From assembly GCA_035487135.1 (NCBI GenBank), contig DATHMN010000056.1, positions 6,428-70,427 of the forward strand: a stretch of 64,000 nt of DNA, written 5' to 3'. Made by a program: the position numbers and the translations under genes. The notes under the pieces were generated by a model. That model did no database searches, was not told the origin of the DNA, and worked only from the letters and a program-made list of their open reading frames with translations. The DNA comes from Steroidobacteraceae bacterium. GTDB taxonomy: Bacteria; Pseudomonadota; Gammaproteobacteria; Steroidobacterales; Steroidobacteraceae. Positions 36,191-45,223 of the stretch are shown here, in pieces (position 1 is the stretch's first letter; every line of letters begins with the position of its first letter).

Positions 36191-38203
36191 TCACTGAGCG
36201 AAGTTCAGCTCCCGCACGATCGCCTGAAAGCGCGCCTCTTTCTGCAGAGAGTCAAAGTATGGCTCCCTCTTTAACCCTACAAGACTCGCGTCGCGCAGCC
36301 GCACGGCCGTCTCGAGCCATTGCAGCGCTTTCGCCACATCACCCCACTGTGCGTAGATTGCCGCGTAGTCCCACGCCCCTGCGTCGCCCTCCGTGGACTT
36401 GAGTTTCTGCAACATGGCCTCGGCGTCCCTATTCCTGCCGAGCCTCTGATAAGTCATCGCCAGGCACCTCTGACCCAGTGGGTCGGCAGGCGCCATTTCG
36501 CAGGACTTGCGCGCGGCCTCGTAGGCGCCCATTGCGTACTGCGTCTCTCCTCGAAGAATGTAATTCCGCAGGAAGTCAGGCTGGAGAGAGATTGCCGTCT
36601 GGAACGCCGCCAGAGCTTGCGCGTACTGACGCGCCTCCAGCAAAGCGATTCCAACAGTGCGATGCACATGAAAATTCAAAGGATCCAGCGTAACGGCTCT
36701 GCGACCGGTCTCAATGGCTGCCGCGGCGTTGCCGTTTTGCGCTGCATGGCGACTATAACCCGCAAGGATACGTGCGTTACCGGGCGCCAAGGCGAGCGCG
36801 CGGGTGAATGCCTTGTCGGCCTGCGCAAACTCGAGCGACCCGGAGTTGAGCGCGACACCCAGAGCGTAGTAACCCTCCGCCAGCTCGGGCGCCAGAGAGG
36901 TTGCCGTGCGTGCATCTGTCAGAGCCCGGTCAAACGTTGCATGCGCGGCGATGGGATCGGGTAGGTCAAATTCCTCGGCGTAGTTGCTTAATGCAACCGA
37001 TCGCTCTGCAAATGCCAACGCGTACTTGGAATCGAGGCGAATGGCTTCCGTGTACGCCGCAATGGCGCGGTGCAGCTCCTCACTGCGCGCGGCAGTACGT
37101 TCAATCCGTCTGCCGCGTAGATAGGCATCGAAAGCGGCAGGATCGTGGGTGCCGCCCAGCTCGATCTTCTGCGAGATGTCGCGCAGCAATGTGACCTTCA
37201 GTGCGTCCGCGACCGCAGTGGCGATCTCGGTTTGTAGCTTCAGGACATCCCCCAAATCCCGGTCGTAGGTACTGGACCAAAGGTGAAACCCCGTGACGGC
37301 ATCAATGAGTTGTGCGGTGACGCGCAGCGTGTGCTCCGATCGCCGCACGCTCCCTTCGAGTACCGTCGCGACGTTGAGCTTGCGGGCGACCATGGCGATG
37401 TCGGGGTGCTCCTTGAATGAGAAGGACGAAGTGCGGGCCGCCACCTGCAGATCATCAATTTGCGCCAGAGAGTTGAGCAGCTCCTCGGTGAGCCCGTCGG
37501 AGAAGTACTCCTGTTCCTGGTCGCCGCTCAGGTTCACGAACGGCAGCACGGCGATCGAGTGCCGTGGCGGCGCGAACACTGCCAATGCCCTGGGCTTTGA
37601 GATCCAGGGGCTGTTGATGGCGAGATAGAGGCCCGATCCCAAAACCATGACGGCGGCGGCCAGCGCCAGCACGCGTCTCGACCAAGTGGATGTTGGCGCT
37701 CGCCAGCCGATTGCGGACCGCGCCCCTAACGCTGCTCCCGATGTATCGCTCGACAACAGACGCTGCATATGCGCAACAAATGCTGGCGGTGTCTCCCCTG
37801 CGGGCAGACGCGTCCACTGCACCCGTTGAAACGACTCCGGCGTATCCGCTCCGGTCTGCGAGGTCGCGTCCACGCACACCGGCACAATAAATGCACGATT
37901 GCGCGCAATCATGTAGGTGCGCTGATCCGCAAGATTCCACTCGAGGCGGAAGTAGCCCTCGTGCCGCGCTGCCGTGTTCGCGGAGATCACGGGAATGAAG
38001 AGCGCGCAGTCGTGGAGCTCGCGCCGGATTTTCTGATCCCAGGCGTCTCCGCCTCGGAGTTCGCTCTGGTCGAACCAGACCTCGATGCCAGTAGCCCGCA
38101 GCGCATCGCAGATGCGTTTGGCAGGCGCAGCATCCTCCGAGGCATAGCTCAGGAATACCGCCCCAGCCGGTGTGCTCGCCTCGGTCCGCGGTTCCCCCTG
38201 CAT
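36191..38203 (-). CDS. TIR domain - TM helix - TolB_N-like periplasmic domain - TPR repeat protein
   Basis: N-terminus AVFLSYASEDAAPAKRICDALRATGIEVWFDQSELRGGDAWDQKIRRELHDCALFIPVISANTAARHEGYFRLEWNLA (TIR_2-type). TM segment VLALAAAVMVLGSGLYLAI. IAVLPFVNLSGDQEQEYFSDGLTEELLNSL (as in CadC/cyclase-type sensors). Multiple TPRs follow. Confidence 0.85.
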   Translation of the reverse strand: MQGEPRTEASTPAGAVFLSYASEDAAPAKRICDALRATGIEVWFDQSELRGGDAWDQKIRRELHDCALFIPVISANTAARHEGYFRLEWNLADQRTYMIARNRAFIVPVCVDATSQTGADTPESFQRVQWTRLPAGETPPAFVAHMQRLLSSDTSGAALGARSAIGWRAPTSTWSRRVLALAAAVMVLGSGLYLAINSPWISKPRALAVFAPPRHSIAVLPFVNLSGDQEQEYFSDGLTEELLNSLAQIDDLQVAARTSSFSFKEHPDIAMVARKLNVATVLEGSVRRSEHTLRVTAQLIDAVTGFHLWSSTYDRDLGDVLKLQTEIATAVADALKVTLLRDISQKIELGGTHDPAAFDAYLRGRRIERTAARSEELHRAIAAYTEAIRLDSKYALAFAERSVALSNYAEEFDLPDPIAAHATFDRALTDARTATSLAPELAEGYYALGVALNSGSLEFAQADKAFTRALALAPGNARILAGYSRHAAQNGNAAAAIETGRRAVTLDPLNFHVHRTVGIALLEARQYAQALAAFQTAISLQPDFLRNYILRGETQYAMGAYEAARKSCEMAPADPLGQRCLAMTYQRLGRNRDAEAMLQKLKSTEGDAGAWDYAAIYAQWGDVAKALQWLETAVRLRDASLVGLKREPYFDSLQKEARFQAIVRELNFAQ

Positions 38204-38342
38204 CCCGGCCCTCTTGATCTTTTACAGGCCCGCCGAGAATGCCCCGAAGAGCCTGCTTCAAGCAACGGGGCGAGCGTCCGCCTTCATGAAGGCAGCCTCG
38301 CATGCCACAGATGTGCCGTTGAAGCGCTGAGTGATGGCGTGG

Positions 38343-38741
38343 TTAGACAGTCGCTCGATGTGCGCCGGCGAAATTCAGCTCTATGCCATTGCCGGCAGGA
38401 TCTGTCAGAAAGATTTGCAACTCTCCGCTGAGTGGCACTTCCTCATTCGTAAACGGAATCCGACGTGACATTAGCCGCCGCCGGAAGGACTCTACGTCGC
38501 TGCAAGTAAAGGCCACGTGATCGAGCGTGCCCGCCGCACGCGCCGGGCGGTATTCTTCCTCTGGCGCTTCCGTCAGATGAACGATGTCTTTGCCACCGGC
38601 ATAGAGCCAGTACCCGCAGCTCCGAAAAGGGGGCCTAAAACCGAGCTCAAGCCCAATCACATCAACATAGAAATTGCGCAGCACCTCGAGCAGCGGCCGC
38701 TGCGCCCTCAGGTTGTAATGGCTAAAGCTCTCGACCGCCAC
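38343..38741 (-). CDS. VOC (glyoxalase/bleomycin-resistance/dioxygenase) family protein
   Basis: HYNLRA...FYVDVIGLELG...LDHVAFTC...TDPAGNGIELNF. Confidence 0.8.
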   Translation of the reverse strand: MAVESFSHYNLRAQRPLLEVLRNFYVDVIGLELGFRPPFRSCGYWLYAGGKDIVHLTEAPEEEYRPARAAGTLDHVAFTCSDVESFRRRLMSRRIPFTNEEVPLSGELQIFLTDPAGNGIELNFAGAHRATV

Positions 38742-38870
38742 CGATGCACCTTACCCCACCGAGATGTTGCCGTCGTCCAGTGAGCGCGTAGCCTAAACGC
38801 GAAGTCGAGGGCCGTGGGAGCACGACGGACAAGCGACGCGGACGCCGTCCACGGGTCTCTGCAATGATTG

Positions 38871-39227
38871 TTAGCGGGTGACCTGCTCACGTCCCGCGTC
38901 GATCTGGTCAAAGAGATTCACTCCGGCACCTTTCCGAGTCGTCCAGACGAAATGCTCCCGGATGCGGAGGCGGCCGTCCGACAGAAAGTTCAAAACACAG
39001 ATCGAGCGGCCGCCATGAATTCCGTCTCCCCTTTCCCGCTGAGAATAACGAAACCGCAGGGTGTGGCCCGCGAGGCTTCCGACGAGATAGCCGCGCTCAA
39101 TGCTGCCGCCCCGATAACGACCGAGTATCCGCTTGCCTCGCTGCACGAGGTCGAGACGCGTGCCGGAGCTCACCACTCCAGCGGCTGCGGTGGCGTTAAC
39201 TTGAAAGGATAGACCGTGCAGGTTCAT
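38871..39227 (-). CDS. small beta-rich hypothetical protein (family often mis-labelled N-acetylglutamate synthase)
   Basis: 118 aa. The pattern F..N...G.V...T...Q.G......Y.GG.I..G.LVG...L.F.Y......G.......L.DGR.R..E.W.W matches that family as I remember it. Confidence 0.55.
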   Translation of the reverse strand: MNLHGLSFQVNATAAAGVVSSGTRLDLVQRGKRILGRYRGGSIERGYLVGSLAGHTLRFRYSQRERGDGIHGGRSICVLNFLSDGRLRIREHFVWTTRKGAGVNLFDQIDAGREQVTR

Positions 39228-39386
39228 CGAGTCGTCCTCCGCGGTTTGCGAGTGGCGCGAGCTAACGGGAACGCCGAGCGACCGACTGCTGAAGTTCGGC
39301 GAGCGCCGCTAGCACACAATAGCTCTCCGTGCTCGCAAGGTCACCCGATGACTGAGGGCCGCTCAAGCGTTGGGTCGACGCATGCC

Positions 39387-39719
39387 TCATGTAGGCCGCG
39401 GCGAAAACATGATAATCACCATCCCGAGGATGCACACGAGCGCGCCGAATATGTCCCAGGTGGTCGGCCGCACGCCATCGACTATCCAAAGCCAGAAGAT
39501 GGCGGCAGCAACGTAAATACCCCCGTACGCGGCGTAGACGCGCCCTGCGGCGGTGGGCTGAAGTGTGAGCAGCCAGGCGAAAATCGCCAAGCTGACCGCC
39601 GCTGGTAACAGCAACCATGGCGACCCACCCCTCTTTAACCACAGATAGGGTAGATAACAACCGAGAATCTCGGCGAAGGCGGTTCCCAGGTATAGGCCGA
39701 ACGTAGCGATCAAAGACAT
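39387..39719 (-). CDS. ynfA: YnfA (UPF0060) family small membrane protein
   Basis: 110 aa, 4 [17 protein letters not shown]...[12 protein letters not shown]. Confidence 0.85.
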   Translation of the reverse strand: MSLIATFGLYLGTAFAEILGCYLPYLWLKRGGSPWLLLPAAVSLAIFAWLLTLQPTAAGRVYAAYGGIYVAAAIFWLWIVDGVRPTTWDIFGALVCILGMVIIMFSPRPT

Positions 39720-39836
39720 GGGGCTAACGATGAGCTCGAGTTGCCGACCGCAGCCACCGACTAGGCGCCACAGGCGCCAACAGTGTCACACGCCTGCGGC
39801 GCGACACTCTAGGACTCACTTGGGTTCGGAGGAAAT

Positions 39837-40088
39837 TCAGCTGGCATGGCGCACAACGGCCAGAGCCACATAAGGAACGAGATTTAGTAGCACGATACCG
39901 ACCTTATAAACGGCCATGGTCCCGTAGTGAAGGGCGTCGAATTGCGCCAGCGTCAGACGAAACCAGCGCCCGTGCAACCTAAACATCCAGTCATGGGCCA
40001 GAGAAAATACCGCGAACCACAAGAGCAAGACCGAGTAGTTAAGGATGGTGCACCACAAGAAAAAATCAGCGAGTGGGAAGTGATTCAT
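39837..40088 (-). CDS. hypothetical small membrane protein
   Basis: Start MNHFPLADFFLW at ATG 40088, preceded by a GGAGGA SD. About 3 TM helices. Confidence 0.55.
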   Translation of the reverse strand: MNHFPLADFFLWCTILNYSVLLLWFAVFSLAHDWMFRLHGRWFRLTLAQFDALHYGTMAVYKVGIVLLNLVPYVALAVVRHAS

Positions 40089-40262
40089 TGTGTCCTCCGC
40101 CATGACAGCCAACGCGCAAGCTGAGCGGCCGCGGGCTTACCGGGCGCCGCGGGTGCACAATCTCCCACTGCTCGCGCCGCAACCCCATCGAGTCTCACGG
40201 ACGCTCCATGCGACAGTTGGGCGACGCCTCCAGCCTGGAGATTCGATGCAGCACGACAAGCC

Positions 40263-40631
40263 CTACGATTTGCTCCTGACAGATCTGACGGCGTTTCGTT
40301 CCAGAATACGAGCCTTGACGATCTTGCCGATGAGCGCATGTGGTATGGGCTCGGATAGCGGGAATTTCAAATTTCCCTTAGGCCCCGCGTATCGAGCGGC
40401 GAGCGCCCGCAATGACCTGCTTTTTGGAGGCGGGTAAAAACCAATGTGATTCTTAAATGCGGCAAAGTAGACCAGTACTCCACCAAGGAAGTATGCCGGC
40501 ATGCCATAGCTTATTCGCTCCTCGGCTGCTGGCGCGGCTTTACGTACCGTAGTTCGAATCGCTTCCAACAGCGGGCGCACCTCGGGAGGCGAGCATTCAA
40601 TATACGAATCTACCGATTGTGGAACGGGCAT
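40263..40631 (-). CDS. DUF1801 (YdhG-like) domain protein
   Basis: VDSYI...PEVRPLLEAIRTTVRKAAP.AEERISYGMPAY.L.G.LVYFAAFKNHIGFYP. Confidence 0.75.
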   Translation of the reverse strand: MPVPQSVDSYIECSPPEVRPLLEAIRTTVRKAAPAAEERISYGMPAYFLGGVLVYFAAFKNHIGFYPPPKSRSLRALAARYAGPKGNLKFPLSEPIPHALIGKIVKARILERNAVRSVRSKS

Positions 40632-40811
40632 ATGAACTCACAGGTCAATGCAAATGTTCGCCGCCTCACGATGAACCTGAGCAGCGGAGGTCAGGTTACA
40701 TCCGCGCGGTGAATGCGCAAAGTGCTTCCGCTGCGCAGCGCGCGCCTTATTCGCTTTCACCGCCGCCCCAAGCCTTGGCTGGGCGCCGTTGAGAAGCGAA
40801 CGCAACGGTGA

Positions 40812-41192
40812 TTACCGCTCATACGTCCGGATCTCGAGCAGATGTTTGTTCGGATCGTTGAAGTACAGAGTCGGGGCAAAGCCGCGGGCACCCGACTCTT
40901 CCCCGGGACCAGTATTCACACCCACGGAGTCGAAAGTCGGTCCGTACGCGATGCTTGCTGCTTTGATGCGGCTAGCTATTGCCTCGAACTCAAGCTTTGA
41001 CACTGCAAACGCATAGTGCTCAGAGCCTTGCGGACCCCACGCCGCCAACTGAATCTGAAAGTCCGGCCCGGCTCTGACGACGGCGAAAGGACCGTCCATA
41101 CCTTCTGCCGAGAACCCGAGCACTTTGGTGTAGCACGCGACGCTGCCTTCAAGGTCGTTGACCTTGATTATCATGTGATCGAGTGTTGCCAT
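40812..41192 (-). CDS. VOC/glyoxalase family protein
   Basis: MATLDHMIIKVNDLEGSVACYTKVLGF...HYAFAV...LYFNDPNKHLLEIRTY. The tracked start 41270 is an extension. Confidence 0.8.
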   Translation of the reverse strand: MATLDHMIIKVNDLEGSVACYTKVLGFSAEGMDGPFAVVRAGPDFQIQLAAWGPQGSEHYAFAVSKLEFEAIASRIKAASIAYGPTFDSVGVNTGPGEESGARGFAPTLYFNDPNKHLLEIRTYER

Positions 41193-41522
41193 GGTATGGG
41201 GCTCCGAAGCGCTGAACGGTGAAGTTGAGGGGCCGCGCGCTGTTACCGAGTCACCGCCGCGGGTGCACAATCTCCTCTGCCCGCCGGGCGATATTAAAGC
41301 GTCTCACGACACTTCCAATGATGAGATGGACTCCTGCCATCTCATCGGTCCCTCGCCCGAGCCCTTGACACCGAGAACGACCCGATAAGCTGGCCGGGTG
41401 GGCTGAGCAGCGATTTCTCGGGCTCCGGTGCGACGCCGAGAGCACATCTGGCTCACCAAGGCTCGCAGACACCTGACAACGATCTCCCGAGTTTGCCCGG
41501 GCAGACGGGCACACTGGATCGC

Positions 41523-41553
41523 TTGACCCAGACCTTGGGTCATACCATAGGCT
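41523..41553 (+). promoter_or_regulatory. MerR-type promoter candidate: TTGACC - 19 bp - TAGGCT with embedded inverted repeat GACCCA-N5-TGGGTC
   Basis: -35 at 41523-41528 and -10 at 41548-41553. The 19-bp spacer is the hallmark of MerR-activated promoters. Inverted repeat at 41525-41530 / 41536-41541. It lies 12 nt upstream of the merR-family ATG. Confidence 0.45.
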
Positions 41554-41565
41554 GACGACCTTCCA

Positions 41566-42642
41566 ATGGCCAAGCCGAAGAAACCGACCCTGAGTGCCGT
41601 GGAGTGTGCGCGCCGCACCGGCCTGACAGTGCGCGCACTGCGCGTCTACGAGCGGCACGGGCTTATCGAGCCGGCTCGGTCGGGCAAGGGCTGGCGGCTC
41701 TACAGCGCGAAGGAGCTGCAGCGCTTGAACATCATTGTGACCCTCAAGACCTACGGCATGACGCTGGCGCAAATTCAATCGCTCCTGAAAAAGAAGCCGC
41801 CGCCGCTCGCGCGCGTGCTCGAGATGCAGCTTCGGGCGTGTAGAGGCAGGCGAGATGACGCCGAAAGAGCTCTTCAGCTCGTTCAAGCCGCACTCACGTC
41901 GATCGAATCCGGACGTCCCCTGACTTTGGAAGAGCTTTGCAATCTCACAAGGAGCATGGAGATGGAAAATCCGCTGGCACTGTTTCAAATCGCACGCGAG
42001 GCGATGAACGAGAACCTCACACCGGAGGAGGAAAGGGCCGTAATGACCTGGGTGGCGTCGCGTCCGCAAGATGAGTTAAGGGCGATGCACGAGTGCGCCC
42101 CTGCGATACTCGACGTGCATCGTCATTTTCAGGCACTGCGGCAGAAGGATGTCGATCCCGCCGCTCCTGAGGCTCAGTCGCTGGTTGCCCGTTTGAACGA
42201 GCTCGTGGTCCGCTCTGGAGCGCGCAATCACAGAGCGACGCTGTTCGAATGGAATAGCCCGATCGCACTGAAGTGGATGCAATTCTCCGAACGCCTAATG
42301 TCGAAACGGGTCATATCTTCCCCGTCCGTTCCGCCAGACGACGGCCTGGCGGCTTACGTCCACGCTGCGCAAGTCGCGTCCCCGTGGCATCGCGGGCTCG
42401 AGCCGATTGTGGATGAGGCCGCTGTGCTCGTGGACAAAAAAACGCAACCGTCCTCAGCACCCGCGCAAGCGCTTGTCGGTCGCTGGCGGCAGGTCTGCAC
42501 GGATCATTCAGTCGGAGATCCACTGGTTTATCTGCGCTGGGCTCGTGCCATGCAGTTGCGCTGGCCGACCGGGGACGATGAGCGCAGACAGGCGGGTTGG
42601 ACGTTTCTGGTCAGCGCCGTTCAGGCTGCCGAGCTTGGTTAA
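41566..42642 (+). CDS. MerR family transcriptional regulator with a long C-terminal effector domain
   Basis: LSAVECARRTGLTVRALRVYERHGLIEPARSGKGWRLYSAKELQRLNIIVTLKTYGMTLAQI (MerR wHTH plus dimerisation helix). About 250-aa C-terminal extension. Confidence 0.85.
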   Translation: MAKPKKPTLSAVECARRTGLTVRALRVYERHGLIEPARSGKGWRLYSAKELQRLNIIVTLKTYGMTLAQIQSLLKKKPPPLARVLEMQLRACRGRRDDAERALQLVQAALTSIESGRPLTLEELCNLTRSMEMENPLALFQIAREAMNENLTPEEERAVMTWVASRPQDELRAMHECAPAILDVHRHFQALRQKDVDPAAPEAQSLVARLNELVVRSGARNHRATLFEWNSPIALKWMQFSERLMSKRVISSPSVPPDDGLAAYVHAAQVASPWHRGLEPIVDEAAVLVDKKTQPSSAPAQALVGRWRQVCTDHSVGDPLVYLRWARAMQLRWPTGDDERRQAGWTFLVSAVQAAELG

Positions 42643-43034
42643 CGTAAGGGCACGGAGCTTACTGAGGGGGCGGGCTTACGCTCGATCTCGGTCATGCGCC
42701 AGGAGTCCATATACGACTGTTAGGAGTCATAGGAAACGACCCGGATGAACTACCATCCGGCAAATCCGCAACTGCGACCAGAGGCCACCGGCACCTACAC
42801 CGTCGGTCTGGTACTGCACGAACAAGGCAATCTGCAGGCGTCGATCGACTCTTTCGACATCCGAATCTCGGGGTGATAGGGGTCATCGGCGCCGGCACGA
42901 TCCTGCTCACCTGCCTGGCGGGCATCGACAATCCGCAGCAGGCAGCGCGCCCGTGCCACTCTTGTGAGCCCCGGTTTGACCGACTACCGTTAGAGCGTGG
43001 ATGTGCTTGGCGGCGCCGCCTACGGTGATCGTTG

Positions 43035-43790
43035 ATGAAGAAATTGCATGCGCTCGCTCTGCTACTGGGTTGCTGCTGCGCGACCGCGTGGGCGGTAGCG
43101 CTGGCGCAGGACTTCCCGCTGTGGGAGCAGCTGCTGAGTCACTACGGCGGCAAAACCGATGAGACGTCGGTGCCCTCCATGAAGATGGGCAACCACATGC
43201 AGATGTCGCTGCAGGGCAAGCCGCAGCCGGGCGATGCCGAGCGCGCCCAAGCGATCCTGGCGGCTGCGCGCGAGGTGCTGGCGCATTACGCCGATGTGAA
43301 TCTCGCGTTGCGCTACGGCTATAAGCCGTTCCATCCGAGTGGCCGAATGGGCGAAGAAGTCCATTACACCAACTACCGACTCGCCCGCAGAGAGCAAGAG
43401 GAGATCGACTACACACAGCCGGGATCGATCCTCTACCGCCGCACTTCCGCTGGCATGAAGGCCGTCGGCGTGATGTACACGGCGCCTCGCGATGCGACGG
43501 CCGAGCGGCTGAATCAGATCGCTCCACTGAGTATTGCGACCTGGCACCGCCATGTGGATTTTTGCGGCGGCCCGCGAACCCTGCCGCGCAACGAGCAGTT
43601 CGGGGCAGGAGCGCGCTTCGGGCCACAGGGCAGCATCCACACGGAGGACGACTGTCGGGCTGCGCATGGTTTGTGGATCCCGGTCGTTTTCGGCTGGATG
43701 ACTCATGTCTATCCCGATGACGAGAACGCCTGGGGCGGAATGGACATGCAGATGGAGTCGAATACGGGCGCAGCAAACTTGCAGAAGTAA
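43035..43790 (+). CDS. hypothetical secreted protein
   Basis: Signal peptide MKKLHALALLLGCCCATAWAVALA. No recognised domain; His/Trp-rich C-terminal part. Confidence 0.6.
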   Translation: MKKLHALALLLGCCCATAWAVALAQDFPLWEQLLSHYGGKTDETSVPSMKMGNHMQMSLQGKPQPGDAERAQAILAAAREVLAHYADVNLALRYGYKPFHPSGRMGEEVHYTNYRLARREQEEIDYTQPGSILYRRTSAGMKAVGVMYTAPRDATAERLNQIAPLSIATWHRHVDFCGGPRTLPRNEQFGAGARFGPQGSIHTEDDCRAAHGLWIPVVFGWMTHVYPDDENAWGGMDMQMESNTGAANLQK

Positions 43791-43884
43791 TTTGCAGCGG
43801 CGAATGATCAGCGCCTGATCGATTTCCCCCGGCAGACATGAGCGATATTGGACATGCCGAAATCCCCGCGGGTACGCTGCTGCC

Positions 43885-44319
43885 GTGGTGAATCCGAATC
43901 CCTTGTTAGGCACGTGGAGATTGAAATCCTACGTGGCAACGACGCCCGCCGGCGAGCGGCTCACTCCCTATGGAGAGAACCCCCGCGGCTATCTCAGTTA
44001 CGCCGCCGATGGTCGCATGCAGGTGATCGGAGCCGCCAGCAGGCGGATCTTGCCTGCAGCGTCAACGGCGCCCGACAGCGATCGGGCCGCGCTGCACGAC
44101 ACCATGTTCGCGTACGCAGGGACTTACTCGCTCGGCGTCGGCAAAGTGACCCACCACGTGGACATTTCCTGGAACGAACTCTGGACAGGCACCGATCAAG
44201 TTCGCCTCTTCGAGGTGCAAGGCAACACCCTCACCCTGACCACGCGCATCAGGGATGCTGAGGGCGCCACGGAAACTCATTACGCGCTCGTATGGGAGAG
44301 GATCTGCAGCGCAGGTTGA
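43885..44319 (+). CDS. lipocalin-like domain protein
   Basis: LLGTWRLKSYV....GE...PYGENPRGYLSYAADGRM...YAGTYSL. GTG start. Confidence 0.7.
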   Translation: MVNPNPLLGTWRLKSYVATTPAGERLTPYGENPRGYLSYAADGRMQVIGAASRRILPAASTAPDSDRAALHDTMFAYAGTYSLGVGKVTHHVDISWNELWTGTDQVRLFEVQGNTLTLTTRIRDAEGATETHYALVWERICSAG

Positions 44320-44452
44320 GGCTCGATCGCGATCTCGATGTCGCGCGGAAGTTCTGCTCAAGCCGGCAAACGGGGTTGCGGATCTCACCGCGGCAAGAGT
44401 TTGCCGCAGGCCGCATGGGAGCCGCACGGGAAGCCGCTAGATCCTGCGCCCG

Positions 44453-45223
44453 TTATCGGTGCTGGCGATACCGCCAGTAGAGTTCCCCGCCCAACGCTTT
44501 GGCCGCCTTTTTTAAGTTCCACGAGGCGTATTCGGTCAGCCGTGGAACGAGCGCCGCCCGTGCCAGAGAGCGCACGTAGCCGGGACTCGTCGTGTTCTTG
44601 ACCGTGTATCGGCCGCGCACCGCGCAGCCTGGAAGACTCTGTATTACCGTGACGGGCTCGGAGTTGAACAGGTGGCGGATTCCGGCCCTGGCCGCCTCCT
44701 CTGCGACCGCCCGGCTGTACATCCCGCCGGGTACCGATGCGACAGTGACCTCGGAGTTAATGAGCTCAGACAGTCGCCGCACACTCCGCGTCCACTCGCT
44801 GTGCAGCTGTGCGCGCGGGCAGCGCGCCATACGCAGGGGATGCGAGGCGGAATGTGAGCCAATCACATGACCGCGGCGATGCAGCTCGACAATCTCGCGG
44901 TCACTGAGGAATTCCGCCTGATTGATGTAATCGGTGGCGATGAAGAAGTGTCCGCGCCAGCCACGCCGCTCCAACGCGGGCGCGGCGTGCAGATACGCGC
45001 CGCGGCCACCGTCATCGAACGTGATATAGGTCGCCTCGCCGGCCTCGGCCGCGGTCACGACCGAGGGCGCGATGCGCGCCGCCGCCGCGATCGCGTCCAG
45101 GTGCAGCTCAAACGCGGGCACTGCAATTTTGTAAGTATCCGCGGCCGCGCCTGCAAAACCACTCGCGCGCACGCTGTCGGGTGCCGCCACGATGTCGTGA
45201 TACATGAAGGTGATGGCCTTCAT
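44453..45223 (-). CDS. polysaccharide deacetylase (NodB-fold) family protein
   Basis: Start MKAITFMYHDI, making an ATGA overlap with the upstream gene. ITFDDGGRGAY...GHVIGSHSASHP (His-His metal motif). Confidence 0.8.
   Translation of the reverse strand: MKAITFMYHDIVAAPDSVRASGFAGAAADTYKIAVPAFELHLDAIAAAARIAPSVVTAAEAGEATYITFDDGGRGAYLHAAPALERRGWRGHFFIATDYINQAEFLSDREIVELHRRGHVIGSHSASHPLRMARCPRAQLHSEWTRSVRRLSELINSEVTVASVPGGMYSRAVAEEAARAGIRHLFNSEPVTVIQSLPGCAVRGRYTVKNTTSPGYVRSLARAALVPRLTEYASWNLKKAAKALGGELYWRYRQHR

Noticed and set aside
42745-42876. 43-aa ORF MNYHPANPQLRPEATGTYTVGLVLHEQGNLQASIDSFDIRISG with a TPR-like flavour.
   Set aside because: Too short, with no SD and no context. At most it is a remnant, so it is not called as a feature.
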